In this document: one piece after another, positions 45,289 through 53,538 of the stretch
Layout of the letters: every line of letters starts with the position of its first letter
Numbering within the stretch: position 1 is the first letter of the stretch
Assembly: GCA_963802065.1 (NCBI GenBank)
Contig: CAWDHF010000004.1
Location: 31,204-95,203, forward strand
DNA from: an uncultured delta proteobacterium
GTDB lineage: Bacteria; Myxococcota; Myxococcia; Myxococcales; Anaeromyxobacteraceae
DNA: 64,000 bases
Reading direction: 5' to 3'
Translations under genes and position numbers: made by a program
The notes under the pieces: generated by a model
Database searches by the model: none
What the model saw: only the letters and a program-made list of their open reading frames with translations
Told to the model about the DNA's origin: nothing

Positions 45289-46701
45289 TCACGGCGACAG
45301 CTGGCTGAGGATCTTCGGATCCTTCTCGTCGACCGCGAGCAGCGAGTGGCAGAGTCCGCAGTCCTGCGAGATGGCCTCGCCGGTGGAATCGGCGTGATCG
45401 CCATCGTGACACCGGAAGCACCCGGGCGCCTGGTCGTGGCCCAGGAAGCTCGGGTAGGTGCCCCAGGCGATCTTCATCGACGGCCAGACGTTCCACGCGT
45501 AGATGTCACCGAGTGCCTTCGCCGCCGCCTTCACGCTGCCCTCCCGGGCGGGAAAGGCGGCGGGGTCCAGCTTCCGATAGAAGTCGACGATGTGCCTCTC
45601 GATGCCGGCCCGGGCGGACGCATGGTCGGCGTAGGTCGCCTGCACCGCCGCGAGCGACTCCCGCTTGATCCAGGGAAGGGTCCCGTCGATCCGGTGGGAC
45701 TGGATGGCCTGGTCGATCTCGCGTCCCGGCTCGCGGTAGAGGTGGGTCGGCCGGTTGTGGCAATCGATGCAATCCATGGTGCGCCAGGCCTCCGGGGGCG
45801 GCAGGGTCGCCGGGGTGTCCTTGGTCCGGTAGAGCACCGTCTTGCCGTCGGCCCAGGTGGCCTCGACGGTGGAGATGACGTTCCGGTTCGGGTCGGAGAG
45901 GTAGCGGATGTGGACGTCCTGTGCCACGTGGGCATGGATGCCCTGGATGGGCCCGCGGGCGGTCTGGCCGCCGCCCACGTGCAGCAGGGCGACGGTCTTC
46001 TTCTCGGTGCTGGCCTCGTCGTCGGCGTAGCTCGTGGTGACGCGCAGGCGGTCGCCCGTGAACTTCGACGGCCAGTGACACTCCTCGCAGGTTTCCCGGG
46101 CCGGTCGGAGGTTGTGGATCGGAACCGGGATGGGGCGCTGGTAGAGGTCGAAGGTGACCGAGATGAGCTGCCAGGCCCCGGAAAGCTTGGACTTCACGAA
46201 CCAGCTCGCCCCCTCGCCGATGTGGCACGCCACGCAGGAGACCCGCGCGTGCGGTGACCGGTGGTAGGCGGTGACCTCCGGGTCCATGACCGAGTGGCAG
46301 GAGCCGCAGAAGGCCACCGAGTCCATCACCTGGAGCCCCTTGTAGCCGGCCACGCCGAGGATGAGGACGTTCAGCGCGGTGAGCACGGCGAACACGAGCA
46401 CGCGCCGGCGCGTCAACTCGTCGTTGAAGTCGATGATGGGGAGGTGGGGGATCTCCTCGCCCCGCTCGGCGGCGAGCCGGGCCCTCCGCCGGGCCAGCCA
46501 GGTGCCGAACGGGATGAGCAGGAGCCCGAGGACGAAGAAGGCGGGCAGCACCAGGAAGGCGGCGATGCCGATGTACGGACTCCCCACGAATCCCTGGATG
46601 GCGGCCGCGGCCAGGCCGAGGATGAGCACGCCCGAGACCGTGGTCAGGGCGGCGCCGAGGATTCCGATGGTGGTCCTGGGGATTCCGGGCGAGTGCTTCA
46701 C
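45289..46701 (-). CDS. membrane-anchored hexaheme c-type cytochrome (NapC/NirT-like N-terminal module)
   Basis: GTG 46701 is preceded by GGAGG. Two N-terminal TM helices. Six CxxCH sites (CGSCH, CVACH, CEECH, CIDCH, CFRCH, CGLCH). The remaining 565 upstream codons of the listed ORF are shadow. Confidence 0.8.
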   Translation of the reverse strand: MKHSPGIPRTTIGILGAALTTVSGVLILGLAAAAIQGFVGSPYIGIAAFLVLPAFFVLGLLLIPFGTWLARRRARLAAERGEEIPHLPIIDFNDELTRRRVLVFAVLTALNVLILGVAGYKGLQVMDSVAFCGSCHSVMDPEVTAYHRSPHARVSCVACHIGEGASWFVKSKLSGAWQLISVTFDLYQRPIPVPIHNLRPARETCEECHWPSKFTGDRLRVTTSYADDEASTEKKTVALLHVGGGQTARGPIQGIHAHVAQDVHIRYLSDPNRNVISTVEATWADGKTVLYRTKDTPATLPPPEAWRTMDCIDCHNRPTHLYREPGREIDQAIQSHRIDGTLPWIKRESLAAVQATYADHASARAGIERHIVDFYRKLDPAAFPAREGSVKAAAKALGDIYAWNVWPSMKIAWGTYPSFLGHDQAPGCFRCHDGDHADSTGEAISQDCGLCHSLLAVDEKDPKILSQLSP

Positions 46702-46821
46702 GAGGCCTCCGGTGGGAGAAACGTTCGCCGCGAGTGTTGCACGGCTCGGAAGGGATGTGTCGGAACGGATGGGGCGCGGGGTAGCATGGCCGCCTACCCG
46801 ATGGAGGGATCGGAGGCGGAC

Positions 46822-47364
46822 ATGATCGCTGCGCTCATCCTGGCCGACGGAGGCCTGAACCGGCTCGCCGAGCAGTGGCTGGCCCTCCGGAGCGCGGGGC
46901 TCGATCCCCTGAGAGTCGCCGTGGGCAAGGCTCGCGGCGACGAGACCTCGGGCGCGGGCCTGTCGCGGGAGAACTTCGTCCGGGACCGATCCCGCGCGGG
47001 AACGCCCTTCTCGGCGATGCAGGCGGGGCTTCGTGCCCTGCTCGACGCCGACGACTGGGACGCGGTGGTCCTCCAGCCGGTCGAGGCGGCCCCTCCCCAT
47101 CCCTCGGTCGTGCTCGCCCTGCTCACGCGGCTGGCCGAGGGCGACGCCGGGGCGGTCCGCCCCGTCCACCGGAGGCGCGCCGGCTTTCCGGTGGTGATGG
47201 CCCGGCAGGCCGCCGAGGCGCTCCTCGACGTCGACCCTCGCCGGGGAACCCTCGACGGGGTGCTGTCCGCCCTGGACCAGGCGGGGGCGGTGGCGACACT
47301 CGAGGTCTACACCTCCGAGGTCCTGGGCGATCGGGCGCGCCGGCGGGGCGGGGCCGGGAGGTGA
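46822..47364 (+). CDS. MobA-like NTP-transferase-fold protein (divergent, nucleotide-binding motif degenerate)
   Basis: ATG 46822 is preceded by GGAGG. MIAALILADGG... instead of LAGGxSxRMG. Later ...VVLQPVEAAPPHPSVVLALL...RAGFPVV resembles the NTP_transf_3 layout. Confidence 0.5.
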   Translation: MIAALILADGGLNRLAEQWLALRSAGLDPLRVAVGKARGDETSGAGLSRENFVRDRSRAGTPFSAMQAGLRALLDADDWDAVVLQPVEAAPPHPSVVLALLTRLAEGDAGAVRPVHRRRAGFPVVMARQAAEALLDVDPRRGTLDGVLSALDQAGAVATLEVYTSEVLGDRARRRGGAGR

Positions 47365-48386
47365 CCGCTCCACCGGAGGTGCTCGTCGTCGGCGCCGGTG
47401 TCTCCGGCCTCTCCTGCGCCCGGGAGCTGGTTGCGGCGGGAAGGGGGGTGGCGGTGCTCGATCGCGCGCGCGGCGTCGGGGGACGCTGCGCCACCCACCG
47501 CCTGCTCGGGATGCCCTTCGACCTCGGCGTCGCGTTCCTCCACGGGACCGATGCGGACTTCCTTGCCTCCGTGCGCGCATCCTCCCCCCGGCGCATCGAG
47601 GGCTGGCCGCGCACCGTCCAGGGAGCCGGGCGTCCGTGCCAGCCGGAGGCCTTCCGGCCCGGCGAGCAGCGCATCGCCCTCGCCGACGGCGTGACGGCCT
47701 TTCCCCGGCACCTGGCCACCGGCGTGCGGGTGAGGACCGGCGCCCGGGTCGAGCGGCTCGAGCTCGGTGGCCCACTTCCCGGCGTGGTCCTGGAAGGCGG
47801 CGAGGAGCTACGTGCGAGGGACCTCGTGCTGGCGCTCGCCCCCGAGCAGGTCCTGCTGCTCCTCGACGGGGCCGGTGAGCTCCCCCGGCCGCTCGCGTCG
47901 ATCCGGGCCCTGCTCGAGACCTCGGGGAGCGAGCCATCCCTCTCGCTCTGCGCCGCCTACCCGGAGGGCACGCCGGCTCCGGCATGGGAGGCCTGGTATC
48001 CGGAGGATTCCCGGGTGCTCCAGTACCTTGGACACGAATCCTCCAAGCGCGACACGCCGCCGTTCGTCGGGCTCGTCCTCCAGGCGCAGCCCGGCTGGTC
48101 CCGCCGCCACCTCGACGACCCGGGATGGCCCGACGCCCTGCTCGTCGAGGCGGCGCGCGTCGCCGGGGCGTGGGCGGGACGGCCCTCGGCCACCCACGCC
48201 CACCGCTGGCGCTTCGCCCGGAGCGACCTGGCCTCCGAGCTGGCCGGTCCGGTCCGGGTCCGGCTGCCGTCCGGAGGATCGGTGGGGATCTGCGGGGACC
48301 GGTTCGCGCCGGGTGGCGGCGTGGAGGCGGCCTGGATATCCGGAAGGGAACTCGGGCGGCGCCTCGCCGCCCCGGAGGTGGCATGA
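47361..48386 (+). CDS. NAD(P)/FAD-dependent oxidoreductase (renalase-like, COG3380-type)
   Basis: VLVVGAGVSGLSCARELVAAGRGVAVLDRARGVGGR dinucleotide fold. GTG 47361 overlaps the upstream TGA (GTGA). Confidence 0.7.
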   Translation: MTAPPEVLVVGAGVSGLSCARELVAAGRGVAVLDRARGVGGRCATHRLLGMPFDLGVAFLHGTDADFLASVRASSPRRIEGWPRTVQGAGRPCQPEAFRPGEQRIALADGVTAFPRHLATGVRVRTGARVERLELGGPLPGVVLEGGEELRARDLVLALAPEQVLLLLDGAGELPRPLASIRALLETSGSEPSLSLCAAYPEGTPAPAWEAWYPEDSRVLQYLGHESSKRDTPPFVGLVLQAQPGWSRRHLDDPGWPDALLVEAARVAGAWAGRPSATHAHRWRFARSDLASELAGPVRVRLPSGGSVGICGDRFAPGGGVEAAWISGRELGRRLAAPEVA

Positions 48387-49111
48387 GCGTCGGCAAGGAT
48401 GCGCTGCGGGCGCTGGTGGTCCGCGACCGCGATCACGAGTGCGATGGGTTCGGGCCGGCGCGGGTCTGCGTCCGGGTGGTCGCGGTCGCCGAGCTCCCCA
48501 CCCGCTTCGGCCCGTTCCGTCTGGTCGGCTTCTGGAACAACCGGGACGGCAAGGAGCACGTGGCCATGGTGCACGGCGACGTGGTCGGCGCCGCGAACGT
48601 GGCGGTCCGTCTTCACTCGGAGTGCCTGACGGGCGACGTGATGGGATCCCTGCGCTGCGATTGCCGGGATCAGCTGACCGAGGGGCTGCGGGCCATCCAG
48701 CGGGAGGGGCGGGGCATCCTGCTCTACCTGCGCCAGGAGGGGCGCGGGATCGGGCTGCTCAACAAGATCCGGGCCTACTCGCTCCAGGAGCAGGGGCTCG
48801 ACACGGTGGAGGCCAACCAGGCGCTGGGGTTCCGCGACGACGAGCGCGACTATGCGGTCGCCGCCCACATGCTTCGCAGCCTGGGCGTGACGTCGGTCCG
48901 GGTGGTGACCAACAATCCCGACAAGATCCGGCAGCTGTCCCAGCATGGCGTGGAGGTCACCGGGCGCATCCCGCACGTCATCCCCCCGAACGACTTCAAC
49001 CGCTTCTACCTCGAGACCAAGGCACGTCGCTCCGGCCACATGATCGACCTGGCCGAGGAGCGCCTCCCGGAGCAGAGCGATCCGGTCCTCGTCGAGGGCA
49101 TGCCGCGGTAG
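48383..49111 (+). CDS. ribA: GTP cyclohydrolase II
   Basis: ELPTRFGPFRLVGF...VRLHSECLTGDVMGSLRCDCRDQL...GRGIGLLNKIRAY. ATG 48383 overlaps the upstream TGA (ATGA). Confidence 0.88.
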   Translation: MSVGKDALRALVVRDRDHECDGFGPARVCVRVVAVAELPTRFGPFRLVGFWNNRDGKEHVAMVHGDVVGAANVAVRLHSECLTGDVMGSLRCDCRDQLTEGLRAIQREGRGILLYLRQEGRGIGLLNKIRAYSLQEQGLDTVEANQALGFRDDERDYAVAAHMLRSLGVTSVRVVTNNPDKIRQLSQHGVEVTGRIPHVIPPNDFNRFYLETKARRSGHMIDLAEERLPEQSDPVLVEGMPR

Positions 49112-49124
49112 CCGGGGGGCCGCC

Positions 49125-49652
49125 TCACGCGCGACGGTAGGCCCGGATGGCGGCGATCTCCAGGTTGAACGGCCCGGACTGCCGATCGCCCACCAGCAAC
49201 CCGAACGACGACACCTGCGACGGCTCGAGCGGAGGGGCCCCCGGGACCGGACGCCCGCGCCAGGTGGCGCGGAACTCGCCGAAGGGGAGGCGGTGGACCG
49301 TCAACTCCCCGGAGCGCGTGGCGAAGCGAACCTGGTAGGCGACGGCGTCGAACCAGGGATCGGTCCGGATCGAGAGCTTGTAGGTCCTTCCGTCTCCGCG
49401 GACCTCGAGGATCAGTCCCTCGTGGGCCGAGAGGTCGAAGAGCCCCGGCGCGGAGCGCACAGAGGCGAATCCACCCCCTTGCTCGAGGAGTACCTCGCCG
49501 CTGAAGGCCGCGCCGCCGCCGGCGAGCGGGACGAGCCGCCCGGAGGAGACCCCGCCCATCACCCGGTCCCCCACCGATTCCCAGGCGGCGACCAGCGAAG
49601 GGTCGGCGAAGTCGAAGAGGGTCTCCAGGATCTCGCCCGCGGTCGGGAGCAC
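49125..49652 (-). CDS. CIA30 (complex I intermediate-associated protein 30) family protein
   Basis: W..VGDRVMGGVSSG...GGGFASVRS...GDGRTYKLSIRT...LPFGEF pattern. Confidence 0.7.
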   Translation of the reverse strand: MLPTAGEILETLFDFADPSLVAAWESVGDRVMGGVSSGRLVPLAGGGAAFSGEVLLEQGGGFASVRSAPGLFDLSAHEGLILEVRGDGRTYKLSIRTDPWFDAVAYQVRFATRSGELTVHRLPFGEFRATWRGRPVPGAPPLEPSQVSSFGLLVGDRQSGPFNLEIAAIRAYRRA

Positions 49653-49712
49653 GGCCCGGTCTTATGATCCGCCGTCCCGGGGCGCCAGACCCCCGGGAGG
49701 GAGGCTTCACCC

Positions 49713-50558
49713 ATGCACGTCCTCGTCGCCGGTGCAGGCTGGCTCGGAACCGCCCTGTCCCGGTCCCTGGCCGGGCAGGGGCACCGCGTCACCGCTGTCC
49801 GGCGGGACCCGGCCCGGGCAGCGGCGCTCGCTTCACCCGGTGTGACCCCGCTGGCGCTCGACCTCTGCGCGCCCGGGGCAACGGGTCGCCTGCCGCGCGA
49901 CCTCGATGCCGTGGTCGCCTGCCAGAGCGCCGGCGCCGACGGCGCCGAGGCGTACCACCGGGCCTACGTGGACGCCACGGCCAGCCTGATCGACGCGCTC
50001 CGGGCGGCGGGACGCCCGGCCGCGCTCGTGTACACCGGATCGACCGGGGTCTTCGGCCAGCGGGATGGCGGCGACGTGGACGAGTCGACCCCTCCCGCGC
50101 CGGCGAGCCCGGCCGCCGAGGTGCTGGTCCTGGCCGAACGGCTCGTCGTCGGGGCCTCGGCCCCTGGCCTCCGGACGATGGTCCTGCGCCTGTCCGGGCT
50201 CTACGGGCCGGGGCGGAACTGGCCGGTCGAGCGGGTCCGGGGCGGGCAGATCGCGCTCGGGCCGGGAGACGGTACGTGGCTCAACCTCTGCCACCTGGAC
50301 GACGCGGTGGAGTCGGTCTCGGCCGCGCTGGAGCGAGGCGCGACGGGGCGGATCTACCACGCCAGCGACGCGGAACCGGTGCGCCGCCGCGATCTCGTGA
50401 CCTGGGTGGCGGCCCGCCTGGGAATTCCGCCGCCCCGATCACCGGAGGGTTCCAAGGCGCCGACGCTTCCCGACCGTCGGATCCGGGCGGATCGCTCCCG
50501 CGCCGATCTGGGCATCGTGCTTCACCACCCGAGCTACCGGGAGGGGCTCGGGATCTAG
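49713..50558 (+). CDS. NAD-dependent epimerase/dehydratase family (extended SDR) protein
   Basis: MHVLVAGAGWLGTALSRSL Rossmann motif. YTGSTGVFG. About 281 aa. Confidence 0.75.
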   Translation: MHVLVAGAGWLGTALSRSLAGQGHRVTAVRRDPARAAALASPGVTPLALDLCAPGATGRLPRDLDAVVACQSAGADGAEAYHRAYVDATASLIDALRAAGRPAALVYTGSTGVFGQRDGGDVDESTPPAPASPAAEVLVLAERLVVGASAPGLRTMVLRLSGLYGPGRNWPVERVRGGQIALGPGDGTWLNLCHLDDAVESVSAALERGATGRIYHASDAEPVRRRDLVTWVAARLGIPPPRSPEGSKAPTLPDRRIRADRSRADLGIVLHHPSYREGLGI

Positions 50559-50565
50559 CGGTCCA

Positions 50566-51438
50566 CTAGGGCTCCGCCCCTGGCGAAGGCTCGGGTCGGA
50601 CCGGGAGGCTCTGCGCGGTCCCGCCCTCGCCGACGATCCGCCGAAGGCCCCTGACGGTCATCGGGACCGCGAGCGCCAGCAGGGCGCCGGCCACGAGGTC
50701 GACCGCGTAGTGAAGGGAGAGGTAGACGGTGGCGAAGATGATCCCGACGACCGAGATGGCGAGCGGGATGCGGATCTTCCAGGAGGGGTAGAGGCGCCAG
50801 CCGTACCCCAGGTAGACCAGGGAGAGCGCGGTGTGGCCGCTCGGGAAGGCGTCGAGCTGGTTGATCTCGGCCGCCCTCAGGAAGTCCCTCACCCGTGCGC
50901 TGAAGGTGCCTCCGCCGAGGACCTGGAGCTCGAGCTCGTGGGGTACGCGAGGGCCCGTCGTCGGCACGAGGAAGTAGCCGACGTAGGTGAGGAGAAGGGT
51001 GGTGATGAGGCCGAAGCCCAGGTCGTCGAAGTCCTTCCAGCGGCCCTGCACCCAGAGGGCGATGCACATGCCGAAGGGGATGAAATAGTAGCTCACGTAG
51101 GCAAGGGAAGCCGCGTCGGTGAGCCAGTTCGGCCTCCCGAGGAGGTTGAACCATGCGGGGACCAGCGGGCCGAACCATCTCGCGTCGAGCGCGGCCATCG
51201 TCCCGTCGAATCGCAGCGGGTTGAGCGCCCCGATGAGCGGCCCGGCGACGTTGAAGATCGTCACCACGATGGGGAGCGGAAGGAATGCATGGGCCACTCG
51301 CCCCAGGGCGGAGTGGCGGTCCCAGAGCGCGACGGCCAGGAAGGCCAGCGCCATGATCCCCAGCAGCACCAGGTAGTGGAGCGAGCCAGGGTTCACGTAC
51401 ACCGCCACCGCCGCCAGGAGGGCGATGAAGGTGAGCAT
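50566..51438 (-). CDS. PAP2-superfamily membrane phosphatase/transferase
   Basis: Multiple TM helices. FPSGHT and SLHYAVD (PAP2 C2/C3 motifs). Start placed at ATG 51438. The listed TTG start at 51576 adds 46 low-GC3 codons across an AT-richer promoter-like stretch. Confidence 0.7.
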   Translation of the reverse strand: MLTFIALLAAVAVYVNPGSLHYLVLLGIMALAFLAVALWDRHSALGRVAHAFLPLPIVVTIFNVAGPLIGALNPLRFDGTMAALDARWFGPLVPAWFNLLGRPNWLTDAASLAYVSYYFIPFGMCIALWVQGRWKDFDDLGFGLITTLLLTYVGYFLVPTTGPRVPHELELQVLGGGTFSARVRDFLRAAEINQLDAFPSGHTALSLVYLGYGWRLYPSWKIRIPLAISVVGIIFATVYLSLHYAVDLVAGALLALAVPMTVRGLRRIVGEGGTAQSLPVRPEPSPGAEP

Positions 51439-51540
51439 CAACCTGTCGATGGGGGCGAACAAGGCGGCGCAGTCTACTCGATGGCCCCCCGCCTCGAGCA
51501 AGGGGTGTGGGACGCCGAGGTCCCGGACGGGCCTTTCCCG

Positions 51541-51574
51541 GTCGAATCGGTTGAAACCAAACGGCAAATTCGAC
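51541..51574. promoter_or_regulatory. 7-bp inverted repeat GTCGAAT-N20-ATTCGAC in the carH-like/PAP2 divergent intergenic region (candidate operator)
   Basis: GTCGAAT at 51541-51547 and ATTCGAC at 51568-51574. Lies in the only AT-richer patch of this spacer, 11 nt upstream of the regulator start. Confidence 0.35.
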
Positions 51575-51584
51575 AATCCCAGGG

Positions 51585-52415
51585 GTGATGCCCCAGAAGC
51601 TCCTCACCAGCGCCGAGGTCGCGAAGATCCTCGGGGTCACCACGATTTCCGTGAAACGCTGGGCGGACATGGGGCTGCTCCGGACGGCGCGGAGCGCCGG
51701 GAGCGTCCGCCGGTTCGACCCGGTGGAGGTGGAGAGGTTCCTCAAGGACCAGACCGGGGCGGTCCAGCCCGAGAACGGTCCGGACGTGGAGGCGTGGCTG
51801 GATCTGCTCCTCTCCGACTGCGATTCCCATCAACTGCTCGCCACGCTCTACGCGGAGAGGGCAAGGCTCGGGGCCTGGTGGAGGGTGGCCGAATCGCTCT
51901 CCGTCGTCCTGGAGGAGATCGGCGAGCGCTGGACGGAGGGAACTCTCTCCATCCTCGAGGAGCACATCGCCACCGAGCGGCTGGCCCGCGTCCTGGCCCA
52001 GGTCTCCGACCAGCTGCCCTCCCGCCCTGGCGCGCCCCGGATCCTGCTCACGACCGCCGAGGGGGAGGATCACACCCTGGGCCTGTCGCTGGCCGAGATC
52101 GTCATCCGCGAGCAGGGGTGGCCGGTGCTCTGGGCGGGGCGCCGCGTGCCGCTCTCGGAGATCGTGGCCCACGTCGCCAGCGGGAGCGTCGACGCGGTCG
52201 CGGTCTCGGCGAGCTCGGTCGCCGACCCGGGGGACCTCCTGGCGCAGACCGAGCGACTCGGGGCCATCTGCCGTGCCGGCGAGGTCCAGCTCCTGCTCGG
52301 GGGCTCCGGTCCCTGGCCAGAGTGGATTCCCTACGGGGCGCGCGTGGTCACCTTCCAGGAGCTCCGGGGATGGCTGAAGCTGGTGGAGGCCGGTGCGGCG
52401 CCGGACGCCGCGTGA
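51585..52415 (+). CDS. CarH/LitR-like regulator: MerR-superfamily HTH + B12-binding domain
   Basis: N-terminal HTH LLTSAEVAKILGVTTISVKRWADMGLL. W116-x9-E126-H127 (ERWTEGTLSILEEH). E161-D-H163-T-L-G166 then SSV and GG at the expected spacing. GTG 51585 or ATG 51588 as start. Confidence 0.75.
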   Translation: MMPQKLLTSAEVAKILGVTTISVKRWADMGLLRTARSAGSVRRFDPVEVERFLKDQTGAVQPENGPDVEAWLDLLLSDCDSHQLLATLYAERARLGAWWRVAESLSVVLEEIGERWTEGTLSILEEHIATERLARVLAQVSDQLPSRPGAPRILLTTAEGEDHTLGLSLAEIVIREQGWPVLWAGRRVPLSEIVAHVASGSVDAVAVSASSVADPGDLLAQTERLGAICRAGEVQLLLGGSGPWPEWIPYGARVVTFQELRGWLKLVEAGAAPDAA

Positions 52416-52422
52416 CGGGGTG

Positions 52423-52683
52423 CTACGCCTCGCCGCGCAGGATGGCGTCGAGCTTTCCCAGCCGCTCGAGCGCATCGACGTCGGAGAACCCACCCAGCGA
52501 CCGCTCGCCGACGAAGATCTGGGGAACGGTTCGCTGGCCGGTCTTCTCGACCAGCCAGGTGCGGAGTTCGTCGTCCTTTCCGGCGTCGATCTCCTCGTAC
52601 GCGACGCCCTTGCGGTCGAGCAGCGACTTGGCCCGCACGCAGTAAGGGCAGTTTGCCTTGGTGTAGACCGTCACATGGGTCAT
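52423..52683 (-). CDS. grxC: glutaredoxin 3
   Basis: VTVYTKANCPYCVRAKSLL (CPYC) ...TVPQIFVGERSLGGFSD. 86 aa. Confidence 0.92.
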   Translation of the reverse strand: MTHVTVYTKANCPYCVRAKSLLDRKGVAYEEIDAGKDDELRTWLVEKTGQRTVPQIFVGERSLGGFSDVDALERLGKLDAILRGEA

Positions 52684-52695
52684 TGGAGCTCCTGG

Positions 52696-53538
52696 TCACT
52701 GTCCGAGCGGCACGGTGAAGGGCCCGGCCACCGCCTGCCCTCCGCGGAGGTCGAGGGCGACGACCCACACCTCGGCAGAGGTCTGGCCGGGCAGGAAGCC
52801 CGTCCCCTCGAGATCGGTCGTGGTGTCGGTACCCGAGGTGATCCCGGCGCTGAAGGTCCCCCCGGTCGTGTAGAAGTAGCCGGTCATCGTCTCGGTCTGG
52901 GCGACCCCTGCCGCGTCGAGGTAGGTCTGCACGCTGGCGGGGTCGATGAGGAGCCGGACCGGCAGGATGCCGTCGACCGGAAGCGGGAGGGTGGGCACGC
53001 CCACCTGGGCTGGACTCCCCCCGACCTCGACGCCGAGGATCACCGGCGGCAGGTTGGGATCGGGCGGCGGCGCGCGGGTCCACTGCGGGATCTGGAGCAC
53101 CGCGTCGCGGGTCTCGGCCTGGTCGGTGGCGACCCGGTAGCGGAACACCGTGAGGAGCTGATCCGGGACGCTCGACGGGATGACGCCTCCCGCGAAGCCC
53201 AGGCAACCCGCGATGATCTCGCTGGGGTTGGCGGTGACCGAGCCGTCCGGGGCGGGAGCGAGCTCGACCTCGCACTGGGGAACGGCACAGGCATAGGCCG
53301 CCACGGCCCCGCTGCTGAGGGGACAGAACGTCCACCGCTGCGACGCGATGGCGGAGCCGGGGGGCACGTGGGTCGTGGGCCGAAGGGTCACCGGTTCCCC
53401 GGGGCCGAGCTCGAGCGGGTCGGCGACCAGGGCCAGGACCCGCAGCCCGAGGAGGTCGCTCTGGGGGGAGAAGTCGTCCGAGCAGCCGGCCGAGAGCAGA
53501 AGGACCGAGGCGATCGAGACGGCGAGGGCGCGGTTCAT
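52696..53538 (-). CDS. lipoprotein, hypothetical (last gene of the TonB-receptor operon)
   Basis: MNRALAVSIASVLLLSAGC lipobox. ATG 53538 overlaps the receptor TGA (ATGA). No family recognised. Confidence 0.7.
   Translation of the reverse strand: MNRALAVSIASVLLLSAGCSDDFSPQSDLLGLRVLALVADPLELGPGEPVTLRPTTHVPPGSAIASQRWTFCPLSSGAVAAYACAVPQCEVELAPAPDGSVTANPSEIIAGCLGFAGGVIPSSVPDQLLTVFRYRVATDQAETRDAVLQIPQWTRAPPPDPNLPPVILGVEVGGSPAQVGVPTLPLPVDGILPVRLLIDPASVQTYLDAAGVAQTETMTGYFYTTGGTFSAGITSGTDTTTDLEGTGFLPGQTSAEVWVVALDLRGGQAVAGPFTVPLGQ

Noticed and set aside
46702-48396. 565-codon N-terminal extension of the cytochrome ORF
   Set aside because: It overlaps three well-supported plus-strand genes antisense. 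The cytochrome has a GGAGG-preceded GTG at 46701, directly before its first TM helix.
51439-51576. TTG-initiated 46-codon N-terminal extension of the PAP2 gene
   Set aside because: The codons have lower GC3 and cross the AT-richer promoter/operator patch only 8 nt from the divergent regulator. ATG 51438 precedes the first TM helix.
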